DNA of 63,614 nt, filler included, from Phoronis australis (Eukaryota > Animalia > Phoronida), in NCBI GenBank assembly GCA_002633005.1. It is 5 parts of 5 records of this genome, joined end to end, with 100 filler letters (N's around TTAATTAATTAA, not from the genome) between each part and the next. Parts side by side here need not be neighbours in the genome. Positions count along the whole stretch, not along the records: positions 1 to 31,163 come from NMRA01000180.1; positions 31,264 to 41,112 come from NMRA01001785.1; 3 more parts are not named here. One strand, 5' to 3'. The first letter of the stretch is position 1. Each line of letters opens with the position of its first letter. The position numbers and the translations under genes were made by a program. The notes under the pieces are model-generated. The model was given only the letters and a program-made list of their open reading frames with translations. It made no database searches and was not told the origin of the DNA. Positions 28,182 through 39,859 of the stretch are shown one piece after another.

Positions 28182-28820
28182 GTAAGCACATTTCAATGTT
28201 TTGTTTTTCACAAATTGCTATTTGATTACACCTTCTTGGACAAACTTCATAAAGCCTCGGAACGTGCACACGATAACGTCACACGGAAATTGACCAATAC
28301 TGTGATGAATGACATTAATTGTATTCTCTAGAGCTGCACCTGCTGATTCAACCTTCCCGTTCGTGCTGGATCAGCCGCATTTAATCAATAGTCTTGAACA
28401 TTACATTGGTTCTCAGTGACAAATTCAAGCATTCAAACCAATCAGTGATTCTTTCAGGATCAAAAATCTGAAAAATAAGATCATTTTGAAATCACGTAAA
28501 ATCACGTGAAAGGTGAATGTTTAGCGAGTACGGTTGAGATCCCACAAAGCGTACCTCAGTGAAACGACGGCCTCTAAAATTCCTCGTCCATGACTTTGAT
28601 ATGTAGAATAATGAAAAAAGACTCGTTTTATTATTGTGGGTTTCTCGACGCAAGTGCTTCCTGGGTTTCTCGCGTGTCTTTCGAACACAGCCCAAGGATG
28701 CGTGTCATGCTACATGTAGTGTGATCACTTTTTAAAATGTAATGCATGGTGATATATCACAAAACGTGTGTGCTTTTGCTGTCTAAGTCGGTGATAATTG
28801 AAACGAGCCCTTTCGAATAG

Positions 28821-29029
28821 TTCCATCGTTCACTCGGGTCCAGCAAGCTGCTGCCGTAGCCTACGGAAACAACGTGTCATTTACGTGGTCTCCCGGCGAT
28901 GTAAATTCAACAGAGGAGACTGTTGAAAGTGAGAACTTAACAGCAAAAGCCGAATTCGTCTACACCGCAGCAGGAGTATACGAGTGGAGATATAGAGCGT
29001 GGAACATGATCAGCTCAGAGGAAGCTTCG
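28821..29029 (+). CDS. PKD1-like gene, exon 8 (PKD domain)
   Basis: Acceptor tttcgaatag, donor TCG|GTAAGA, phase 1/0. Encodes VPSFTRVQQAAAVAYGNNVSFTWSPGD...EFVYTAAGVYEWRYRAWNMISSEEAS, matching the PKD signature G.NV.F.W..GD...Y...G.Y.....A.N..S. Confidence 0.92.
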
Positions 29030-29348
29030 GTAAGATGAGGGCAAAGTAAATGAAGTTAGTTGTCACTAGTTTGGTAAAGCTAGGAGTTGCATTAAAGATG
29101 TACGCGAGACAGACGCATGTCACACCATTCACTCACTCTTAATTCTATAAAACATGTTAGCAAATTGAAACTCTTTTGCGATGACAAGTTTGCGACAGGT
29201 ACCACCTTGTCAGACTACGTCAACTGAGTGATGACGTCAAGCGAGCCCTGGTGTGTTTCGTAAAAAGTGACGTGAGTCTTATGTCAGAAACTTGGTCTTA
29301 CCCTCCACACACCAATTCCTGAAAAATGATTAAATATCAAGTCTTCTA

Positions 29349-29422
29349 CATGGGCGGCGCACCATAGGGGGCTGGGGGGCTATTGCCCCCTCTCCACTTT
29401 TTTCAGTGCTTCGCCGCACATG
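29349..29422. mobile_element. 74-bp mini-MITE
   Basis: Termini CATGGGCGGCG ... CGCCGCACATG, with flanks TTCTA and ATCTA (near-perfect 5-bp TSD). Confidence 0.6.
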
Positions 29423-29993
29423 ATCTATAGGCGGTGGGCTGCAGGGGGGGGGCTGAAGGGGCCCATGTTTTTGAATATGCACCTAAGTGCTAGTTGTTGG
29501 GAGCATGTTTACAAATTATTTCTAAACTATGACGCGCGCTTATAATTAACTAGCCAAATCTTTGATCAAGAACTGTCAAGTAAGACTAAATTCCTGACTT
29601 AAATCATAAGCAACTTTTCATGAAACAGGTCCCTGGTGTATATTTCCTTAAAGAGGCCTGGAATGTGATAAACTAAGACTAAATTGCAATATTGAAAGTG
29701 GATCTCTGCCACTGAAACATAATTCAACCATCCTCACCAGATATTTTATTGTTTGGCCGTAGATATTTAAAATCTGTTGATATCAAAGCATTTTTAGTTC
29801 CAAATTTGAAAAAAGAGATCTGTCAACTGCTCGCTACTTCCTCGATTTTGTACCAGCAAGGCAAAGCACGTCTCCTTATTTCATATGGCAAGACGTAGAT
29901 ATAAATATAGCATATTTCCCTTATATATGTATATATACGAACGTAACGGAATAAACACTGTGAACAATGAAAACTGTCGTGCATTTAACAAAT

Positions 29994-29999
<6 letters not shown>

Positions 30000-30053
<54 letters not shown>

Positions 30054-30057
30054 TTGT

Positions 30058-30099
<42 letters not shown>
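30000..30099. repeat. Compound (TA)n and (TG)n microsatellite
   Basis: Seen directly. Other (TA)n runs lie at about 32472-32516, 32784-32809 and 36887-36915. Confidence 0.95.
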
Positions 30100-30509
30100 G
30101 GAAATGTGACCTTTGACCTCAAGTGAATCCAAGCAATTGACTGTTAGCTCATGTGCGCATTTATCATAAGTGGGAGTGAGATTTGAAACTCTGTGGTAAC
30201 CACGCAATTTTTCCTTCGCGCGTTTTTTGAAAAATCGTGAATTTTGTGATTTTTTCTAGAAATTTCCTCTCAGAATACTCACAGTGTATGTTGCACTTCT
30301 TTTAAGTAAAAACATTAAATTACAAGATTGCAATTTAGTCATTAACTTGAAAAGAAGTTTTAACAAAAATAAGATTCGGTAACACTGGCTAACTCACGTC
30401 AATATCCACTCAGTTTACTGCATTCTCATAGGGCAGGGTGTATTTTCAAGTCTGGTTTCGTGACCACTCAATGGAAATTATGAATTACCCCCCTGTCGAC
30501 TTTTTTCAG

Positions 30510-30618
30510 CAAAATATTACTGTTGAAGATTTACTGTTCAACGTTAGTGTCTCCCCAACGACCTTCCCGGCAACTGTTAGAGGACAGCTCACGATGATAA
30601 GAATTGAGAAAAGCCAAG
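30510..30618 (+). CDS. PKD1-like gene, exon 9 (end of one PKD domain, start of the next)
   Basis: Acceptor ttttttcag, donor G|GTACTT, phase 0/1. Encodes QNITVEDLLFNVSVSPTTFPATVRGQLTMIRIEKSQ, which completes the last PKD beta-strand (NITVED). Confidence 0.85.
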
Positions 30619-30939
30619 GTACTTATTGAAGCGTCACGAACATCTAGGTCTGACAAATTTCTTGGTTTTTAAGGTGTGAAATCTTAGATCGGATGTTATT
30701 TGTAGCTGTTTTGGCTTAGAAACGCTCGTTTAGTTTCCAACAACACAAGTGCTCCTAGTTAGAAGTGAAAGTACGATGTTTGACATTTCTTAAACTTTAA
30801 GTGTGGTTCTAGCAATGAAAAATAATTCGTATCAGTTCAATGCACAATTAACTGAAAGTAACAGACGGCTTGCTTGTTTTTGTTGACACAGTTCTCACTT
30901 GTGATGCTACATGTCCGCATATTAAATTTAATTCAAGAA

Positions 30940-31163
30940 AACAACAACGGTTTTAAAACTTGACATGTTTCGGTGTCATTTATTAAACACCATCCTCAGA
31001 AGTCATAATACAGTGGCCACCTAGCTAGGCCCAGCAACAAGTAATGAAGCACAGATACAGTCAGTTACAGGGAGTGACAATGAACTAGACCAACAATGAC
31101 AACCTGTGGTGTGTCAGTTGCCTATTGAGATTGGGCTTGCACCAACTGATATGTAAAGCCTCA
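30940..31163 (-). mobile_element. Penelope-like element 3' end (GIY-YIG C-terminus plus hammerhead), cut by the spacer
   Basis: 31162-31085 translates to EALHISWCKPNLNRQLTHHRLSLLV*, the typical PLE GIY-YIG tail (EAL.I...KP.LN.Q). The hammerhead follows 80 nt later. Confidence 0.85.
30957..31004 (-). ncRNA. Minimal type I hammerhead ribozyme (Penelope-associated)
   Basis: The minus strand reads GACTT-CTGAGGA-T-GGTGT-TTAATAAATG-ACACC-GAAA-CATG-TC-AAGTT. Stem I is GACTT/AAGTT, the core CUGANGA and GAAA are intact, stem II is a perfect 5 bp, stem III is the palindromic CATG, and the cleavage triplet is GUC. Confidence 0.85.
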
Positions 31164-31263
31164 NNNNNNNNNNNNNNNNNNNNNNNNNNNNNNNNNNNNN
31201 NNNNNNNTTAATTAATTAANNNNNNNNNNNNNNNNNNNNNNNNNNNNNNNNNNNNNNNNNNNN
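31164..31263. other. Artificial scaffolding spacer (44 N + TTAATTAATTAA + 44 N)
   Basis: The same 100-bp structure occurs four times, and the 12-mer has stop codons in all six frames. Confidence 0.97.
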
Positions 31264-32049
31264 ACGCAAGTCAATGTGGAGAGAAACTGACGTTAGTGGT
31301 TCAACTTTGCGAACTCGACTATTGAGCATAATGTGGTGGAGAGTACTGTAGTGGTAAAATTATAGGTAAGTAGGCGCCCTAAGCCAGTCGTATCACCTTG
31401 GGCATGGAACGTAACTTACGGTGCGCAGGCACTACGTTCAAACGCCAAAAGGTGGTTGGCTGCGCATACGTGCGCCTACGCCTCACTACAGCACTGGCGG
31501 TGGACGAGTGAAATTCCTTATTTCAAAACTGTGTAAACATCGGGATTCATTTTAGTTTTTATTTCATTGTGCTATGCAGATGTCAGAAAACAAATTATGA
31601 TAAACATTTCTTGTATTAACCATAAATTAAATCATGGGAAATTTGTGAATTTCAGGTTTTCATGTTTTCGAAAAAAGCAAAGAATTATTTGACGCAAACA
31701 AGTCATCCAGAAATACATGGAATTTCGAATAGTCTCGTTACGGTTAGTAATGGTTTTTGAAAGCATAACTAGAGCAAAAGTTGCAAGGTTAAGCTCTTCA
31801 GTAGCGGCCTGAAACAACTATTCAGTTATACTTAAACTTATGTACTTACCAACAGCATAAATCAGTGTCATAAATGTTACAATCATCAAGAAATCAAACT
31901 CAAGAAACGTCATACTTCGTTTCAATTCGAATAAATCCTCATGCAGGCAAGAGACCTACAACTTGCTATCAGCAAAACGGTATGATAGGCTCTAACTTAT
32001 TTGTTTGTAACATCACGTGATATCAATGCAAAAACTACAGTATTGACGA

Positions 32050-32467
32050 CGAGCTTGGTACAGATAAACACAGGGCGGGATTTAATGATTGGCATTATGA
32101 AAGAAGGTAAATGTAATGGAAAACCTCCGAGAATATTACACTTGTGTTATTGATCATGTACTTGATATTGGAATTTTTCCAAGTGAATGGACGAAATCAA
32201 TATTTGTACACACACCCAATAAGTAAAGGGAATGACCTTAATTCAAACTGTTGGAGAAATTTTGAAAGGATACTTTGTTTCAAATTGCCAGTGCGAAAAT
32301 GGCTGAGAGTAACGAGTTAGTAAGTCTCAAGCTGCGTTTGTAGCAATGCTTAGCATGTTAGGTCATAATTTTGTATTTAAACTTTGATACTTTAATTACT
32401 TCATACATGTACCTAACGAATCATAAAGGTAAATTTGCTGTGCATTAGTATTTCAGGTCTGCGTTTG

Positions 32468-32520
<53 letters not shown>

Positions 32521-32750
32521 AAGCATTATTTTTCAGCTGAGGCGCCAGAAGATTTTGGCAGGAACCTACCAAATAATTCTGTCCGTGTATTACTAACCGG
32601 CAACTTTCGTTTGGCTGGGTGATGTTCACATATAAGCATATACGGAATGTCCCAACAGACTCAAACAGTGGGCATACTTATCAATATTTCTGTTTATTTT
32701 TTAATGACTTGGAACCAGAACTGAAAGATTCAGGTGTACATGGGATATCT
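32050..32750 (+). mobile_element. Decayed LINE reverse-transcriptase fragment
   Basis: Frameshifted pieces DHVLDIGIFPSEWTKSIFV, SKGNDLNSNCWR, SQAAF, FRSAFDCI (broken by a TA microsatellite) and FCLFFNDLEPELKDSGVHGI, in non-LTR RT order. Confidence 0.7.
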
Positions 32751-32939
32751 TTTTACATATACATGTGCATATACATTATGCTTATATATATATATATATA
32801 TATATATATACGTATTGGTGACGAATAAATACAAGAATAAATAAATAAGTATATATAATTATTTATTTATTCTTTTATTTATTCGTCATCAATACGTAAC
32901 ATTGTCATATAAATCCCAATAAACAAATACACGCACACG

Positions 32940-34360
32940 CCCATTTCAGTGGTCGTTTAATTCTCAATAATGGAACACATGTTTTACCATATCTTTCCAA
33001 ATATATCAAACTGTCTCTGTGAGATAGTACTGTTTTAAAAAATTAACAAAAACATTTGTAGATGTTAAATGGCCCCCAAACTTTGACTGTATGTGTGATA
33101 CTTCGTTAGAGTCAAAATTAGATTTGTTGATGAATATGTGTTGTTAATGCCAAAAAGAACATTAGTGTTCTCGTTATTGTCTCCCTGAAGTAAAATTCAA
33201 CCATATCTTCCCAGAATGTTCTGGTGTAGTTACAATATACAAATGAGTGCATCAAAGTTTCTGTTGCTTTATCTCAAAATGCATGAGCAGAAGAATTCGA
33301 GACGCCTCTTTTATAAAGATATGAAATTGTGAATAATATTCTATGAATTATTCGATACTGGAACCATCTCAATTTAAGATTTCCAGAGAAAATAAGAACA
33401 TTCATGTACACTATTTTCCAACACGTTACTCATCTCAAAAATTCATTTATCCTGTGAGATCGGTTTTACCCTCACATTACGAATAAATATATCATAATTT
33501 GATCTACACGGATAAGCATAAGCATACATGTAAATGAACAAAAACAACTAAATAAGCATAACAATAAACATACAGTTACTAACGTCCCGTCTCATTCTCT
33601 ACCTCCCCCCACCAGAAAAAGGCGTTCCGACATCATTGATATACAATATGAAAACAAAACGCAGCGAAATGAAGGATAATGGAAAACAATCGGTCTCCTC
33701 ATATCTCATACATCATAGCGCAAATCCCATTTCCAACACCGGCAACCCCTGGTGGGCTCGCAGCAGCAGCAGCAGCAGCAGCAGCTGCAGCAGGAGAGAT
33801 GAATAAAACTACAGTACTACCAAGTTCCTGCCTTTCCAAGATCTATTCACATTTTAAATGGGTCCGGCACCATCAGCCGCCCACACTGAATATCTACGCT
33901 ATATGTAATTCCCAATAGGGTAAAAGTTTCACTGGTCTATTTTAATTTTTTTGAGAACATATGGTGGTCCCAAAGTGTTTCGTAGAACCAGTCCATACGC
34001 ACTGAATTTTTTTCAATATTTGGTTTAAAATCTGAGAATTTGGCATACTGGTCAAGTATGTTTAGAGTACATTTAAGTGAATATTGTGACCCATCAAGAG
34101 CCATGAGAGTGTTGTCTGTGTACTGCAGAATTTGTTGAGTGTTATTTATTGTGATGTCTTTTATATTAATGCCAAGTCTATTCATCAAACCCACTATTTC
34201 TAAGCACATTAAAAATAAATGCGGAGAGACAGTCTCCTTTCTTACAACCCCTAGAGGTCTCAAAAAACTTTGAGAACATTCCATTTTGTAATATACAGAC
34301 TCTAGACGTCAGATGGAGAATACATGTAGGAATCCACTTTTGTATATGTTCGCCAAACTG
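32940..34360 (-). mobile_element. L1/Tx1-type LINE remnant (RT and C-terminal zinc knuckle), internally disrupted
   Basis: RT part: FGEHIQKWI...CILQNGMFSKFFETSRGC...SPHLFLMCLEIVG...ILQYTDNTLMALDGS...LNILDQYAKFSDFKPNIEK. At about 33200-33420, LKLRWFQYRIIHRILFT...ETLMHSFVYCNYTRTFWED is zf-RVT-like. Confidence 0.85.
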
Positions 34361-34364
34361 CTCA

Positions 34365-34855
34365 CAGCCTGTGGATGCAAGACTTCAGGCATTTTCTTAC
34401 TACCCACGATGCATGTGGCAAGCTCTTAGTTAACTTCCCGTTCGTTAACCCTTGCCCTTGCCAAGATCCTGTCTAGAATCTTCCACGAGATGACTTAGTT
34501 GTACAATTTCCTCTGTACACTGTAGCAAGTCTTTAGGCTTCAACTGCTGTAGCCCATCTGAATATCTTCTTGATTTTAGCCCATAACATAATATTCTACT
34601 TGTTTAGTGATTGGCTAATAAAAACCAAATGATATTTTCTAACCATGTCATTATGATTTGTTTTCAGTAATTTCTAGAATATCTAGTGTGCTTTGACCCC
34701 AGAACCAAAGTTGTAAACACCGTCTAAAATAGTTTTCGCCGTTAAAATACATGTAAACAAGTTTGACCACATGATTTTTAAGTACATATGCAAAAAATTG
34801 GGGCTACTTAAAATGTATCTACTCTTACTTTACTTGATCAATATTTATTCTGACA
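34365..34855 (-). mobile_element. Truncated LTR-like repeat (inverted copy of 51928-52425)
   Basis: Reverse-complement match over about 490 bp, including the block CTTGGCAAGGGCAAGGGTTAAC. Homology stops exactly at TGTCAGAATAAAT in both copies. Confidence 0.7.
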
Positions 34856-34979
34856 AATAAGCCCCTCCTCAAGAAAATACTTCTGAAGAGTTCCTCAACA
34901 TGGAAGATTAAATATTGATTAACACTTAGATCTATTACCCAATTTCCACGAATCTTCAATATACTAACCTACCTAACCC

Positions 34980-35149
34980 TTTCTCTCTCTCTCCCTCCCT
35001 CTCTCCCTCTCTCCCTCCCTCTCTCCCTCTCTCCCTCTNNNNNNNNNNNNNNNNNNNNNNNNNNNNNNNNNNNNNNNNNNNNNNNNNNNNNNNNNNNNNN
35101 NNNNNNNNNNNNNNNNNNNNNNNNNNNNNNNNNNNNNNNNCCCTCTCTC

Positions 35150-35194
<45 letters not shown>

Positions 35195-35215
35195 CTCTCC
35201 CTCTCTCCCTCTCTC
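34980..35215. repeat. (CT)n-rich microsatellite spanning an N gap (35039-35140)
   Basis: Seen directly. Confidence 0.95.
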
Positions 35216-36124
35216 GCTTTCGAATGCGTCTCAACTTTTCTTCATCCATTGCCAGATGCCCTTCACCGACCACATGTCAACGCACTATCTCCTAAAATTT
35301 GTGACATCTGTCGGGAGCTGATGACAGCTTCACTGGAGCAGAATATTTCATGAAATTCGGTTTCCTGGTATTATAATACTAAACCTTTGTATGGAAACGG
35401 AACCAGTTCTTATAATTTGTTGTGACATTTACACAGCTTCGAATAACAATTCGATCGCTTGTTATACTTGGAAGAAGAGCAACTCGGGGAACGAAACTGG
35501 CCAATGAGGCAACGGGTGGCGACAACGAAAGCCGACCCAAATTGTAGCAGCAGAGAGAACGGCAGAACGCCATTTTTTCAATAGCAGTAAATCATTTAGT
35601 TTAGTCAAGGACGAGTGTAATTTTTAATGACACTAATTTTGCGTCAGATTTTATTTGATCAGTTTTTACCCACGTCGATGCAACGGCCGCTGTATATTTA
35701 GTATACAGCTCGCACCAAGGCAAGACTACGCAGTCGGGTCCCTTTCCTGGCCAGTGCCGAGATCGGCATCATTCCACTAATAGTCAACATTACGCGGCAG
35801 TAAACTTGTACTATGAAATTTTGAGAGTCGAGATCGCAGAACAATTATACACATTAAGCCGAAAGGCATTCACCCACGAGCTATATACAGTAATAAGCTT
35901 AATTTATCTCATTGCCTTCACCCGCGGTACAGCCTCAGTGACGTCAGACGCGCGTTAGCCAATAGGAATTGACATTGGAAAAACGTTTTTTAACAAAAAT
36001 ATGAAAAAATAACAAAGATGTGATTTTTGGTATAGACTTTTTACATCAATTAAATTACATTAAAAATGCATGTTATTTTACTTCAGGAACCTTTTGAATA
36101 TTTTCGCAGGTGTTGCTGCTACAA

Positions 36125-36545
36125 TTAAAGGAGAATGCCACCCGATTTAATTAGTCTTTTTTGCCGTCTCAATCGGTCTATATCCACATCGAGTCGCGTA
36201 CATGTACGGTCGACCTTACCTTGCCAAGAGGTGTCGAGATAACCTGTGGGGAAGGTGAGAAACGACGCTAGCGACGTTAGTGGTTCATATGCAGAGTGAA
36301 TGCCGCTATGTTCCTGCAACATGCAGTGCATCGTTCCCGCTTGTCCGAGCTAAGCAGCTCCGAGGAAGTCGGGTATATCCTTTTTTCTTACTTTCTCGAG
36401 AGTCCGAAATGCTTAGGAAGTGGCTCATGGTAGTGAAGAATGAAATGCACGCTGTAAATAGCAAGTATGAGGCCGTGAAACGTCTCCGTGTCTGTGGTCT
36501 TCAGACGTCGATAGTGCCTGACGAATGCCGGCTTACTAAATAACT
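36125..36545 (+). mobile_element. DNA-transposon remnant with a decayed THAP-like zinc finger (Kolobok- or P-like)
   Basis: Begins TTAA-AGG. The ORF C-x-x-V-x-x-x-C ... FFLLSRESEMLRKWLMVVK ... RLRVCGL resembles the THAP pattern C..C, FF.FP...+.KW, R+C..H. Confidence 0.5.
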
Positions 36546-36883
36546 CCTTACAGTGTACATCAATAGATCGTAATAAATCTAAAAATTCATCACGAGATTT
36601 TACATTGCACTCATGCATGTATGTTAAGTATTGTTTGATGAATCTATCTAATGTTTTAGCAACGTCGTAGGTAGGGGTTAATACTTGAAAATGAGGGGTC
36701 TCAGTGGATACCCAGGCTTATGTGTTTTAGGTTTACCGTACAAGTATCCTTCTGAACAATCACCCTCAACAATTTGAAAATATTTCAACTGCAATCTGAA
36801 GAAAGACATTTCTGTAAACAATACGGAAGTTTGTTGAACAAACTATCTAAGGCCAGGAACAGCTTACTTTTCAATGACACACA

Positions 36884-36918
<35 letters not shown>

Positions 36919-37049
36919 TATATATATTTATTTCAACATTAATACTATAGCCCACATGTTACATGTACATGAACTTTTCAGGATAACGCTGTGCAAATTT
37001 CCCTGAGGGCTGTGGCGTGAAATACAAATCTCATCTGAGTAATGGGCTC

Positions 37050-37850
37050 CTACATTTTCATTAGCTTTATAAATTTATGTTTATTTGGTTCATGTCAGCT
37101 CCACTCAGGTAAAAATTTAGCTCTCAGAGAATATTCTATTTTACAAACACATATGAACTTGTATTCATCTTCAGTTAGGGACACATAGAAACAACATACA
37201 CTGTATTTTTGGTATACAAGATCATGTCTACCTTTCTCTATAATCAAGTTATGGTTGGAGCAACGTAATTTAGCCATAGCTGCTAAAAGATATATGGAAA
37301 ATCACGATATCTGATAGGATTTCATTTCAAAATCAATTTTAAATATGGAATACGTATTAAGTTTTGAAGTATTCTTCACAGCAAAGCTCCAGTCTTGTAA
37401 AAAACAACCTTTAATTCGCTGCTCAAAAATGACAATAAAAGATGCTTCTCAGCCAACTCCCTGACTGTCCCATACCAATCTAAACAATATCGTTGCAGCA
37501 AATTCCTAACAGATGAAGCCCAATTTTTCTTTTTATCCCCATCCTAAGTGACAAGCTTGTCATAGACAGATTTTAGATTTCGATGTGCTTGCATTTTTAA
37601 CATTTAAACCAACACTTGATCAGTTTAGCAAACAGCTTTACAAAAATTGGATACCTTCCAAGTTCTCCCAGGAAAACATGATTTGAACAGTTACTTCCAA
37701 CACCCAGCAGTTGCTTACAGAGTTTTAATTGGACGCACTCGATACCAGAATATTCTTTAAAACCCCCAAATCTCACTGCCATAGCTAATGATTGGGTATA
37801 CCATTTTATCAAAAATCTCGAGTTCACTTTTCGGTGAATGTCGTCCACAT
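37050..37850 (-). mobile_element. LINE 3' region remnant (RTE-X/CR1-like)
   Basis: IECVQLKLCKQLLGVGSNCSNHVFLGELGRYP and MAKLRCSNHNLIIEKGRH...CC...EDEYKF are typical post-RT motifs of non-LTR ORF2. Confidence 0.8.
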
Positions 37851-39859
37851 TTTGACTGATAAAGTTTAATTGAAAAAAATGCTGTTTGTAAAGTTGACAG
37901 TGTCCATGTGCTACAAGCCCACCACAGTGCATCAATTAATGCGACACAAGGTGATTTTCTCTGGAAAAATAAACAATTTAAAAAGGCACATTACTGTAGA
38001 CATTTCTAATGATTTTTAATTTTAAAGAACACCCTTTAAGTATAGCTACACTGTGCTTTCCCTTTTCCCAATGTCTTTGGAAAGACGAGTTAGATAAATG
38101 AGACTTTTAGTATAAACGCTATTTATTCTATATTGACGTCATATCTCACACATGATGCAATCTTGCACAATAGCAGCGGTCATTTAATAAGCGCCGGTCT
38201 CGAATAAATACCTGAGTTGAATAAGTGTCGGGTCTAAAAAGCCCTTCAGAATATAAGCATCCGAGGCATTAATAGGCAATATTCCAGTATCCATACGTAG
38301 ACCATGCTTTTCCAAATCCATAGGATTACATGTAAGTGAGTGCACATGACACCATCGTCTTGAAGTTGCCAATATCCGCCATAGTCCTTGAAAGACTCCA
38401 GCGAACACTCGTCACTTGCGGGTTGCATTCTTACAATCAGAATTGATCTAACACATTTTACGTATGACGTACACACACTCTGTACCTTTCACTTCCATGT
38501 TCGCATACAAAATGATCACAGCATTGTACAATAATTTAGACGATTGCACGCAAATAAGATTGGCGATGTTTCCTTAAAAGTTAATGACAACATCAGACAG
38601 AAGGGTAAAAACAATTCCCGATTTTAACAAACAGTAAATAGACGCTATCAAAAATTTTGTAAAAATTCGTTCTTGAGAGAGGGTTCTTTCATACAAATAA
38701 CAAGTTTTGAAATTCTTCAAAGGAGCGCACATCAAAAGACAGCTTAAAACTCAAATGTTATTCAGTCCTTTAATGTGCCTTTCAAAGTCTTTGAAAGGCC
38801 CATATTTGAATTATTTCAAATATTGCAGACCTCTGTCACGTAGTTGTTTTATGTTACGAGCAAAAGTCTTAACGCTTGAAAACCTCTGAATTTTCTCTCG
38901 CAGCTGTTACTGTTTTACGCTTTAGACTTGAATACTATGAACTTTTCTTGACTTTTTATATTTATTTCTTTCTCTTCGAAAATGTTTTTCAAAACATAAA
39001 TGTAATAGCTTTATGCAAATTAACAAATCAAAGATATGTGGCGTAATGCACCAATTTTAAATGATTGCAGGACAAAAATCTATACTCTGGTAGTTTTCAT
39101 ACACATGAGATTACTGCATAGTCGGGGTTTTTTAACAAAGCGTTTTTTGAATGCAGAATTCTTGTTCTAGAATAATAATGAATAACAATTATACGTATGT
39201 AAGGAACGACATAAATTTTGGTTTCTGTTTTTGCTTACACATTTCCCTGTTGTTGTTACAAGTGGATGTTCTAGATGATACTGTTTTCATACTTAAAGCC
39301 AAGTGAAGATTTTCCTGACCAGCAACGATTAACAAAGTTCATTTAAAAATCCTGCAGTGACTCAACAATCATAACAGGCGTGTTCCAATATTTCTAGTTT
39401 AAGATGGAAAATTGTACATGCGTCAAAATTCTAATTTTTATTTGATAAAGAAAAGGCAAAATTTATGTTGTTCTTTGAATTTTACTTGGGCCATTGGAGA
39501 TTTACAAATTTGACACACGTTACTATGAATATCCTTGGAACCTGCATGATCATTTAAAAATGCTCACACCAAACGAAACTTCAGGTCCAACTAACATGTA
39601 AAGGCATCAGAAGTGAACGGATGTCTGATTAGCTTCCTATTTGGCAGATTTTTTACATGATCACAGACAATTATACCCTCGGTTAGACCGCAGTATGATA
39701 CGGGTAATTTCCGTTATAAGTTGATGTTTACTTAAAATGTCTTATCATTCAGATAGCGCTTCGAATGATCTGACCGATTACAGAAAAACGCGGAGCGTTG
39801 AAATGTGCCCACGAGCACACCGCAAACAGTGTGCTTCAAGGAAGGTTTATCTGGAACAC

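Noticed and set aside
28332-28384. Extra PKD1-like exon after the acceptor ttctctag
   Set aside because: The required phase hits TAA with no donor, and exon 7 splices cleanly to 28821.
4564-29632. One 25-kb Harbinger element enclosing exons 2-8 (TIR-like GGACCCGTTCCAAGAAG at 4564 and TTTTCATGAAACAGGTCC ending at 29632, both next to CTG)
   Set aside because: The TIRs match only loosely, CWG is the generic Harbinger target, and the gene continues on both sides. Two independent insertions are simpler.
31208-31219. TTAATTAATTAA as a conserved biological motif
   Set aside because: It is always centred in an identical 44+44 N context, so it is a synthetic spacer.
33679-33918. Poly-Ala ORF
   Set aside because: It comes from a (GCA)n microsatellite inside a disrupted LINE region and has no splice or domain support.
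36110-36150. Candidate exon 10 after ttttcgcag
   Set aside because: The phase-1 frame stops after about 13 codons and runs into the TTAA-AGG transposon end.
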